DNA of 64,000 nucleotides from Octopus vulgaris (taxonomy: Eukaryota), in NCBI GenBank assembly GCA_951406725.2, contig OX597818.1, positions 67,146,001 through 67,210,000 on the forward strand, given 5' to 3'. Positions 1 to 10,424 of the stretch are shown here, in pieces; within the stretch, counting starts at the first letter, position 1; each line of letters starts with the position of its first letter. Both the position numbers and the translations under genes were made by a program. The notes below the pieces were generated by a model. The model did not search any database. It had not been told where the DNA came from and saw nothing but the letters and a program-made list of their open reading frames with translations.

Positions 1-345
1 TCACAGCCGCCAGAATTTACTTCCAGAGGAATAGGAAAGTTGCAGGAAGAATTGTAGAGAAACGCATGATCTATTTTACAGAGACAAAGTAGATCTAAAT
101 GAAGTGAAATCTACGAAGACAAGTTTCACAATAGCATGAATAGATTATAAGAAATCCTATGACATGATTCTACACTTGTGGATGAGCGGATGTTTGAGTA
201 TATTTAGTATTACAGACAACATAAGAGAGTCCATTACATTTAGCATGAAGAAATGTGAGGTAGACCTCTACTCATGTGACACAGCCTTAGTTATAGTTTA
301 TACCAAGAGGGGAATTCTCCAAGATGACTCGCTATTCCCTTTAAT
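1..345 (+). pseudogene. Degenerate R4/Dong-type reverse transcriptase fragment
   Basis: Reads IA*IDYKKSYDMILHLW...RGILQDDSLFPL, collinear with AWIDYKKAFDRIPHPW...GIFQGDSLSPL in the intact ORF at 10602; contains stops. Confidence 0.8.
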
Positions 346-364
346 ACTTGTCTTATTTTTTACT

Positions 365-1110
365 TTGTTATTATTACTATTATTCAGCCGTCTTATTCTA
401 ACTACGTGCTTTCGCTGCACTACTGAACTGACTTCGGTGTGTGCTGTGGTTTGTTGTGATGTTCTTAATTTTACTGTATTGAAAGTGTCTTACATACGAT
501 ATGTTCGGTGCCAACTAGAGCTAATTTCTGCATGTTATATATAATTGTTATTCCTGGTATGTTTGTTAAATTTGTTTGAATATTTTTTATCATACCTAAC
601 GCGCCTACTATGATAGGAATTGTTTCTGTTTTTAAATACCACATTCAAGTTAGACCTATTTCCACGTCTTTGTATTTTGATAGTTTCTCCATTTCTCATA
701 GAGAAACGTTGTCATCTATTGGTATTGATACATCTATTAGAGAGCATTTGTTTTTTTCTTGATGATCTCTCACAACTATATCCGGCCTATTTTCCTTAAT
801 TTATGTATATATCTGTATTGGCATATCCAGTAGTATGTCTGATTTTTCATTTTCTCTTACCTTCTTGGGGATATGCTTATACCATTTTTTTCTGTTGCTA
901 GTCTATAGTGTTGGCATAGCTTCCAGTGCACATAGGTCCCAACGCTGTCGTGTCTGTGAATATAGTCCTTCTTAGCGAGGACTGGACAGTTAGAGACACT
1001 ATGATTATTGTTTCTTCTCCATTTCCACATATTCTGAGGTTACGCGTAGTATTTCTCTTCCTTACACATTTTTAGTAATATATAAGGGAAATGATTTGAT
1101 CTCGTGTTAT
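365..1110 (-). mobile_element. 3' fragment of an R4/Dong-type LINE (RLE domain, 3'UTR, TAA-type tail), degenerate
   Basis: Minus strand reads VSNCPVLAKKDYIHRHDSVGTYVHWKLCQHY...KWYKH...NRPDIVVRD...QKLALVGTEHIV, matching the C-terminus of ORF 10602-13031; ends in an AAT-like tract near 365-385. Confidence 0.8.
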
Positions 1111-1240
1111 TATTATTGCTTTTATTTATTATTATTATTATTATCATCATCATCATCATCATCGTCGTCGTCGTTGTCGTCGTCATCAGCATCATCATCA
1201 CCATCATCATCATTACCATCCTCATCATCATTGCCATCAT
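1105..1240. repeat. Compound (TTA)n/(TCA)n/(TCG)n microsatellite
   Basis: Directly visible trinucleotide runs. Confidence 0.95.
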
Positions 1241-1247
1241 TTCTTAA

Positions 1248-1470
1248 GGTGCATGGCTCAGTGGTTAGAGCGTCGCGCTTATGATCGTGAGGTTGTGAGC
1301 TCTATTTTCGGACCGAGCTGCGTGTTGTGTTCTTGAGCAAGACACTTTATTTCACGTTGCTCCAGTTCATTCAATTGTAGAATTAAGTTATGACATAACT
1401 GGTGCCAAGCTGCATCGACCTTTGCTTTTCCCTTGGATAACATCGCTGGTGTGGCATGCACGGGCGAATG
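1248..1470 (+). mobile_element. tRNA-derived SINE
   Basis: Head GGTGCATGGCTCAGTGGTTAGAGCG (A box) with a degenerate B box, followed by the common SINE core GTGTTCTTGAGCAAGACACTT. Confidence 0.75.
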
Positions 1471-1739
1471 TTGGTCTTCCATAAAAAAAACTACCCCATG
1501 TTGTGCTTTCGCCTGTGAGGCGACTTTCCATCCAGAATTGTACCCCGGAGAGGATCCTCTAGGTACAGTCATCGTCGTTCTTGACCAACGGAGTCGTTCA
1601 AATTATCATTTACTTTTAATCTGCATGTTTGTTACAACCATTTGCCGAGACACACCCACCTTCCTGGTGTAGGTGAAGGATAATAGATGTTACAATTTGG
1701 GGAAAAATTGGGGGATGAGATGTCGCAGGAGTAGTAGCG

Positions 1740-2290
1740 AAATATCTTCATGTAATACTGCACAGGCATTTAAATGGATAATTTTTTAAGTATGTGGGCG
1801 GTACTTGTATGCACAATCATTTGGAATTCTTAGACATGGTTCTCCTAGGATCATATTCGCATGTTTCTGATATTCCGTTTTTCCATTTTCCTTTATCATA
1901 CCTTGTGTACCCAAAATAACTGAAACAATTCGCGCTTTAGGATGCCACATTCTTTTGTATTTCTATTTCCAGGTACTTATATGTACTTAATTTGTAATAT
2001 TCCCTTACAGATATATTTTTATAAGAGGTAAAACTTAGTTCCATTAGTCTACAAGTATTTTCTCTCCGGACTTTAAGGAATGTGTCTTGTCGATTAACAT
2101 GGAACGTTTTGTCAGTGTTCAGTGGAAAACCTCAGACGATTGTGACAGCTTTACCTTCAACGACTGGCTGAGGATGATGGTCATAACAGTTTGCAGCAGT
2201 GCTGACTTTGTAGCGTTTACATATTTTCCAATATAAATACTGTCCCACCATGTTGTGACGACTTTTATATTACTTTTGTGTCAGCGTAGG
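1740..2290 (-). mobile_element. Degenerate R4/Dong RLE-domain fragment
   Basis: Minus strand gives RHNMVGQYL...CYDHHPQPVVEGKAVTIV and KYKRMWHPKARIVSVILG, similar to the intact element's C-terminus. Confidence 0.7.
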
Positions 2291-2314
2291 ACTTCCCGAG
2301 ACGAGATATTTTTT

Positions 2315-2427
2315 TATTGTTGTTATCATTATCATTATTCTTATTGCCATCATCATCATCATCATGATACTCCTCCTCTTCCTCCTCCTCCTCATCATCA
2401 CTGTCATTATTATTAGTATTACTATCC

Positions 2428-2509
<82 letters not shown>

Positions 2510-2522
2510 CATCATCATTATC
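2315..2522. repeat. (ATT)n/(ATC)n/(CTC)n microsatellite
   Basis: Directly visible. Confidence 0.95.
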
Positions 2523-3221
2523 GCAGCCACACGTTTGAATATGAACGCATGGGTAATAAAATGCCAATATTACCAGAAGTGAAAATAAAAACAGTAGGAA
2601 AGAAATAAAATGGAAGTAAAAGAGGAAAGAACGGTGAGTCATTGTAAAATTTTGAATTATTGTAAGAAGAATATTTATGGAAGGAATAGGAATAAGCGGA
2701 AGATTAAATGAAATGCAAATTTGAAGACAGAAGAATTTGAAATATCTAAATAGTTTATCACTTGGAGAATAGAATGTTTAGCACTAACAACAGATTATTG
2801 GGAGATGATATGGTAAGTGTGCAAGAGAGCGAAGAGAGAGTAGATGCGTTGCCGACAATTCTGACATAATAAAACAGGTGATAAAAATGAACGCTAACCT
2901 ACATAGACAATTAAGTACGGTGTACTCGAATGTTCTTTAGCCGAGAATGTTTATTTTACGCTCTTTCCATTTCAAAGTTTATGGCATCAGAAATAGCATC
3001 GTAAATAATATTTCATCGTCAAAGTCATCGTCGTCGTCATCATCGTGGTCATTGTTTGTCATCAGCGTCAGCAATGTCTGCATCACCGTCATCAGCACTA
3101 TCGTGACTACCACCACCAAGAGGAACGTCTCGATAACCAAAGTCATCAACGGCATTAACCCCTTCTTCCTCGTCCATCTCTTCCTTCTCATCGCTATCAT
3201 GGTCATCAGCAGTAGTGGTAT

Positions 3222-3450
3222 CTATTTCGTTATTACCCACAAGAGGCAAAACATTGAACAAACAAGGACAGACAAACGGATTAAGTCGATTACATCGACC
3301 CCAGTGCGTAACTGGTACGTAATTTATCGACTCCGAAAGGATGAAAGGCAAAGTCGAATTCGGCGGAATTTAAACTCAGAACGTAACGGCAGACGAAATA
3401 CGGCTACGCATTTCGCCCGGCGCGCTAACGTGTCTGCCAGCGCGCCGCCT
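3222..3450 (-). mobile_element. tRNA-derived SINE, family A (head GGCGGCGAGCTGGCAG, Nin-like core GCCTTTCATCCTTTCGGGGTCGATAAAT)
   Basis: More than 10 similar copies in the window; B-box-like GAGTT(C/T)AAATT; shared tail AGCCCCTTGTGGGTAGTAAAGAAATAG. Confidence 0.85.
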
Positions 3451-4857
3451 TCAGCAGTAGTGGTCTCTCCCCCATGAACATTGCAAAAAAGTACAATAAT
3501 AACAGTCTAGTAGGGCAAATCACGTGAAAAAAACAAACACTACCGCACGAGATGATTTGAAAAATCCTAAAACGAAGTTTCAGCTTCAGATTTACGAATG
3601 CGAAATGAGGGAATCGTTGCAGTAGGAAATAACATTAATGACAATCGTATAATACAATAAGACAGTGAAACAATGGCAAATATATGCGTATCTGTATTAA
3701 GACATATACAGACACATATATACACGCATTTGTGTGTCTAACTAGGTGTGTGTAAGTATATGTATTTATGAACCAATCGAGATCTCGACTGTAAAGGATA
3801 TTTATATAAGAGTTTTCTTGCCTGACTGCACTCAACCTACATAGAAATTATACTCAAAATAGGAAATCTTATTTATTTATCTTAATATCAAAAACCGCAA
3901 ATTGTACATCGTTTTTTCACACGCATATTTGGAGTGAATCGTGTTTAAAACAGAGTTACTACAAACTTAATGGCAACTGGTCAATAAACGTAATACATTC
4001 TTTCTTTGTCTTCTCTTTTGGATTCTGTTTAATTCTTCTCTACATTTTCACGTTGGTTCTACCGATTTGGCTGCTGCTATTACTGTGGTTGCTAGGGCTG
4101 GATACAACCAAAGCCTCGCATACGCTTCCTTAAGCCTCACACCTCACCATTCTCTGGGCAGTGGTGGTATCCTAACAACCAGAGTAATAGCAGCAGCGGG
4201 TTTTTCTCAACTCATTCACAGTCATCTGAACTCTTTAACTTTGGGATTATATAATACAAACTTGTGTCTATAATATTTATAGCCTGCGCATTAACCACAT
4301 GGCTATTTATAGAGAAGTACCTCTAAAAGGAAGAATCTTTCCTTGTATAAGTATTTTTGCCTTTTCACAGATCTGTCCTTTATCGCTTTCCTTTTCTGTA
4401 AAAAAGTTGATGAGAATCTTATATTTTGATAAAAATACTGAACGTTTAATATTAAAGCAATTATAACTTTTTAGACTTCAAAACCCGTCTAACTTGTACA
4501 TATTTGAAATTTTGCAGCATATCAACTTGACAAATAGAGATTTATGAAAGAGTGAACATTTATAAAATTATTTAACGTACACATATGTGGTTGAACGAAT
4601 TGGGAAAAGAATTGGCTTTACCACACTTAGTTCACCTGCCAGCGATCAATTTAAGACGGTGTTATTGAATAACTTCTCCGTTTAGAACATATTGTGTTCT
4701 AACTGTTAGCAATTGATTGTATTTTAAAATCCTATAGAATTATATACATCATTGTTTCAAACATTATTCATAGAAAATTCATAGAAAATTATTCATAGAA
4801 ATTCTCTTTCAAGAATTCGTCCTATAGTATCAATATTTCTATAATGCAATATAATTC

Positions 4858-4861
<4 letters not shown>

Positions 4862-4924
<63 letters not shown>
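4862..4924. repeat. (TA)n microsatellite
   Basis: Perfect TA run. Confidence 0.97.
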
Positions 4925-4926
<2 letters not shown>

Positions 4927-5269
4927 TAAGCTCGTTGAAATTACAATAAGCTCTATAACAAAAAAGGTGTTCCCCTCTGGAGAAATTATATAGTGAGACT
5001 AATAAACCAACATTAATATTAACTTCCGAAAGCTACAGAGAAAACGATGCAGAATGAATTATAATTTGTTTCAGTATTTTGTACATTTCTCTTGGACTAA
5101 TACCGCATTTGGCACCTGAATTCTTCGTATTTCTTTATATTATAATGATTGACTTCTAGCCTCAGGTTTCTCCATTGTTTGTCCAGTGCTGCTCTCAGTT
5201 CTGTAATTGACAAACCATTACTATTTTACTCTTTTGATCACGACCATCACTCTGGAGAATTATGTCTGG

Positions 5270-6030
5270 CTTTTCGGATTCATTTCAGGTGTTTGAGCAA
5301 TTCTATTGAACCATTTGGTATCTGTAATTATATTCTGACCTATATTAACTTCCGTGTTTTGGAGTCCATGAAAATTAGTGGTTTTCTTAAAATTTCCACC
5401 AATGAGAGATGAGAGAGATTTTTTAATTATTTAACCATAGTCAGAGTCTCGTAAATGACTTAAAACAGAAGCAAAACCCCACGCCCAATCTACCAACTCT
5501 TTTGTCTATATTATCTAGTTTTAACTCTTCCCACCAAACAGTCAGGCAACTATGCTTCAGGTTTTACGTAACCCACATTTTGTTGCTTTGAACATTAACA
5601 GCATGGTTTTCTTTGGCCTGATCATATTTGAAAATTGGCCAAATATGCTTTTTTTTGGTTCAGGATGCAACAGTACAGTTGGCCGTTATGGCATTATTAG
5701 CATTTCAGAAAGTTGATTTCTTTCTTGTAACTGCATTCTTTCTCCTATCTGCTACCATATAAATAGAATTTGCAACCGCCCCCAATATTAGTTGCACTTC
5801 TATATTTCATAGTTTCCCCTCTTAAGTGCCGTGTATACTTTCTGAGAAGGTTTTACACCCATTACATCTAATTTTGCATCCAGAATATCTTCATTCGACC
5901 TATCGCGGGGCTTATTAACGGACAATATGAATTCATGGACAATATGAATTACGAGCGTGCGTCCATGTTGAGCAACAATGGTTTTCTTGATATTTTCCAT
6001 AATTGTTTTATTAAATTGTAAATAGCACAA
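5270..6030 (-). pseudogene. Decayed SF3 helicase / parvoviral NS1-like coding relic
   Basis: Minus strand: RRKNAV...AVNVQSNKMWVT*NLKHSCLTVWWEELKLDNIDK (WWEE at 5525-5536), then after a frameshift KKSLSSLIGGNFKK...QNIITDT. This resembles the NS1 Walker B (VIWWEE), B' (AILGG) and motif C order. No intact Walker A is visible. Confidence 0.4.
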
Positions 6031-6189
6031 ATCACAACGACATCCAAATATTTAGCAAGGAAAGTAAGACTATTATAATTCAAGTAAATTCCAAGAGAAA
6101 AACGAATAAATGGATTGATACTTTTCGCAAAATTCCTTTATACTCATTATAGACTATATATCAAAATATAATTAAGCATAACTCTAAAT

Positions 6190-6870
6190 TTTGTCTACAG
6201 AAAAAATGGTGCCCATTGTTATTGGGCCAAAAAGCTTCATGGTTAATAAACTATTAAAGGTCGTTTCTATTCGATTGTTTCTAGCCATAATTTACATCCA
6301 ATGGTTAATTGGTATGGATTTAAAATAATAAATAAAATTCATTATTTATTTATTTCGCAATAGAAATGGTATAAAATACGAACGATTAGTAAAAAAAACC
6401 TAAAACCAAATCATCAAACCAGGGAATATAAATGTTTGAAAAGAATATCGCCAAATGACTACTAAGCAGAAAAGGATCAAGTGAGAATAAACAGAATGTG
6501 TTTTATACACAGTTATAACTGAAGATCTAAACTTCTATTTAGTTAAATAAATATTTGTCATTCTAGTTAATTCTCCGGCCAATTTTGTAACATTCTATCC
6601 ATGGGATTTAGGAGTATATAGCCCGAACATATCGGCAACTTCCGAGAAAATACTACAATCAATTCCGATACGATGCGGGGTGATAGATAATGTATGATCC
6701 ATTGTCACACATCAAGACAAATGTTTGCTTGTTTCTTTACTTAGTGAACTAATAACTACTTATTCTCAATTGTAGAAAGGATTTAGGATAATCTCTTCCT
6801 ACATCCTTTCGGGTCTGTGTGAAAGGGATGCAGTCATTCCATGCATAAAGTCGGACAAATTCAATTATGT
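6190..6870 (+). pseudogene. Decayed PARP1-like regulatory plus catalytic domain relic
   Basis: Collinear motifs across frameshifts: GRFYSIV (6259; cf. NRFYTLIPH), NILSMGFR (6589; cf. GILSQGLR), HCHTSRQ (6700; cf. YCHTSQ), LLSEL (cf. LLGEV), HSMHKVG (cf. HSVKGLG). Confidence 0.5.
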
Positions 6871-7724
6871 TGTTTATTTTCTAATATCCAGACCTTCAGC
6901 ATCTTTCAAAACGATACATAATCTTGGTTGACTATTTACATCGTTACTAATATTGTGAATAATATCCATAATTCCCTCCGGTAACTTCTGAATGTTTTTC
7001 TCTTCATATACGGTTTACTGAGATTAATTGATATGTTGCCATTCAATTATATTTAATTCTCTACGACTGTTGTGGGTTTCAAGGGTTAGATTCCATTCTC
7101 CACATTAAGTTCTCTACTGAATTATTTCTCGTTTGTTGTTAATCTTAATTAATATACGTCCGATAAATTTCGGGGGCAGATATCGTTTTGGAAGGGGATT
7201 GCCAAAAAAGCAAGGCCCGACATGTTGCAATTACACTATAGTTTTTAGAAGCAAAGTATTATGCAATTTCTTAATTTTATGTTTTAGTTTAAAGATTAAA
7301 AATACATCTTAGTTACCTTCAAATTCAATTATGAAAAGTTACGTTATTTCTTGTCTAACAAGAATTAATGTCCTTCAGTTTTTGGTGTTATGTTCACAAT
7401 AAAAGTAAACATCTTGCCAACTATGTCGTTCAATAAATTTATCAGCTTTTTGTTATTCTTCTCCATTAGGGATCAAAGTGAAATTCTATATTAGGCTTCA
7501 AATATTGCGGTCGAAAATATTAATTGTAACTGTTAGCGAGATTAATTGATTTGCATGCGTATCAATCGTGCTTAACCATGATAAATATGGTTATTTTAGT
7601 TATCAGAATAACTACTACAACAGCATAAATAAGTGCCCAATACATAACTTAGGCAGGTTTCAATGTTATGCTGGGATACCACTGAACTCGTAATTTAATC
7701 AAGTGCTTCAGTTAAACATGGACT

Positions 7725-8030
7725 TTCGTCAAAAGAACAATGAAACCTCAGTTGATCCTACATGGAAATATTTTCAATAAACGATAAAGCAATTTATAAG
7801 GTAAGCACACCTTTGGACTAATTTGTTTACTAAGTAGTTCGAAGAATATTGAATCAAGTTTTCTTGTTGTGTGACTAAATAGAAAGCTGGTATCATTACG
7901 CCCTAATGTAAGTTTCGTGTGATATTTAAAGTGCACTTCTGCAGAACAACTAAGAACAAGCTCAATGAATGATGCTCTCACACTTCCAAAGAAGATGGCA
8001 TGTATTTTATTGCTGAAAAATTAAAAGTCC
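7725..8030 (+). pseudogene. Decayed PARP1 WGR-domain-like relic
   Basis: TSVDP (cf. AAVDP), TFGLI (cf. TLGLV) and NKLNE*CSHTSKEDGMYF (cf. NKLEQMPSKEDAIEHF) in order. Confidence 0.4.
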
Positions 8031-8504
8031 TTCATTTGCTGAAACTATTGGCCAGCACGTTCGCGGCAGTTGCGATAAGTCAAATACATTGAACCCAGTT
8101 TCCTGTTCATAATTATCGTCTCGACACCGAGAATATGAAATGAAAAGACGACCTCCATTTAGGATTTTATTCGGCGCGCTGGCAAGCCTGCTGGTTCTGT
8201 GCCTCGTTTACTGAAAAACATAAACATAATTTTTCACATGTTTTAAAATCAGAATTCAACATTTATGCAAAATGGAAATTTTATGCCAGACTATTTATAG
8301 GTAGCGTGTACTATTGAAATAAATAGAGCATCATTGAATATAGTGATATTCCTTCCGAAAATTTCTTCTCTGATTTTTCTGATCAGAATATTTAACATCT
8401 ACAATGCTTCTTTGTGCAAATTGTATAAAATGACTTATTTTATCTTTTGTATTTTGACCTATAATCCTAGTAACTTTTTGCGGTGAGCTTCATACCATGA
8501 ACTT

Positions 8505-8730
8505 TTCATTTCAAAAGCTACGGACCATCACATGTAAGAAAGAGACAAGCAAGAATAAGATTCCAGTGCGCCAAAGTTTTTCGAGCAACAACAATGTATG
8601 TTGGTAGTTCGAGGCCTGGACGATGTTGGCAGGAAAAGTAGTGAGTGGGGGCTTACGAATGGGTAGGGTTCATTGATGTGAGAAAAATAGACGTAAAGCA
8701 ACAGGACGAAGCGCTGAAAAATGGAGTATG
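8505..8730 (+). pseudogene. Possible PARP-type zinc-finger relic
   Basis: HFKSYGPSTCKKETSK (cf. YAKSGRASCKKC) and WVGFIDVRKIDVKQQ (cf. DGFSELRWDDQQ); weak match. Confidence 0.25.
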
Positions 8731-10049
8731 TTTAATTACGGACCACTCACGTTGTCGTTCTCTGTATACGGTGCAGGATTACAGTACATCTGCAGCAATT
8801 TTGCATTCTCCAGTGAACAAGGCCCTTTAGTGGAAGTCACTGCAGCCTTTGAGTACTCTTTCCCGAGACTCGCTTGAGCAAGGTGCTTTTAAAAATGTGT
8901 GTTGAAACATTACCCGTTAAGATCACTTGAAATATCAAAATATATTTTACATGCCTGGATCGTTATGAATCATTCCTGTATTTATGATTTCATTGTGGTT
9001 TCAAACAGCCAGGAATAACACAGGACTTCGAGGTATCCTAATGTGTAGATATCGTAAACCGCTCTTATAACATATTGTTCACAATCATGCCCAACAGGCG
9101 TGTAATAAACCTCTGCAATTCATGGCTATTTCTAATAGAGAACATACAAAAATCTTAGTAAAACCAAAGATTACTATCTTGAAGATTAAATGCTTCTGAT
9201 ATTGGTATATATCGTTGAAGGCAAACCAAAAATGATAGCATCTTAAAGGGCATTGCCTAAAGATATGCTGACGTAGTCGTAGACACGATCTCTTACCACT
9301 TTATCACGTATACTTTCGATATTCTTATAAATCTCTCATTTCTCATAGACTATACCTCTTTGTATTCCTAGTAAATGTAATATTTTCTACAATAATTCTA
9401 TATTTTACTCGTTTTCCTGTCTAGACAAGCTAATTGATTTATAGTCCAGATGAGAATATTATAAATATAATTTATTACGTAAACATTTAGACTATCGATA
9501 TCTTTTGCTTCGTATTTTCGATTTATCTTTGTTTTAATTTCAAATATAATATGTCTACCTTATTACTTCTAAACTGTTTTCAGGTGTGTGTTCGAGCATA
9601 TGTGTATGTACAGGAATATATATGTGTATGTGCGTGCGTGTGCATGCGTATGAGTGTGTGTTTTGCGTTTAGTCCACTTCATTTCTTTCTAAGTACTTTC
9701 GAGTGTGTATTAAGTGCAGTTCGCTTATATTTCTTTCATATGATATTAATAGTTTTCCGCTTTATTTCCAAACATATTGTACAATTAATCCGGTAATGAA
9801 TCCATATATTATCAAAATATCACAAGCGTTTTTCTCGCATCGTCTGAATTGTAAGTTCATTCATACGCTCTTGACAACCATATTCACAGAGAATTTTTCA
9901 CTCATCGCGCGTCTGATTTGGAATGACAGTTAAATATTTTAGCGTTAATATAGATGATGGGTGCACTTTGTCGGTAATCATAATTGATAATTATACTTGA
10001 CAATCGTTCCTGATTATGTAACCATGGCATTCAGACGTTAGAGTTCTAT

Positions 10050-10281
10050 ATTTAAGAGGTGAGGAATTATGTAAATTGTTTACATTATTTACATTATTTA
10101 CATTTATCGGATATTTGTCCTCATCTTGTTTGTTGTTAACACGTTTCAGATATACCCTCCAGCCTTCATTAGGTGTCATTCCTAAGGGCATATAGCATAG
10201 TGGTTTAGAGCGCGAGCTACTAACCCCAAGATTCCGAGTTCGATTGCAGGTAGCAAACAGAATAATAATGATAATAATAAC

Positions 10282-10357
<76 letters not shown>

Positions 10358-10372
10358 TTAATAATAATAATA
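10050..10372 (+). mobile_element. 5' half of composite SINE: inverted tail copy (about 10050-10188), tRNA-like head (about 10186-10256), (AAT)n
   Basis: A box TAGCATAGTGG and B box GAGTTCGATT. The upstream segment is the reverse complement of 13263-13375. An uninterrupted relative lies at about 35222-35650. Confidence 0.75.
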
Positions 10373-10424
10373 AGAAGAAGAAGAAGAAGGAGAAGAAGAA
10401 GAAGAAGAAGAAGAAGAAGAAGAA

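Noticed and set aside
10186-10256. tRNA gene (also the heads at 1248, 24163, 35299 and 62364)
   Set aside because: A and B boxes are present but there is no full cloverleaf, and each runs into a SINE body.
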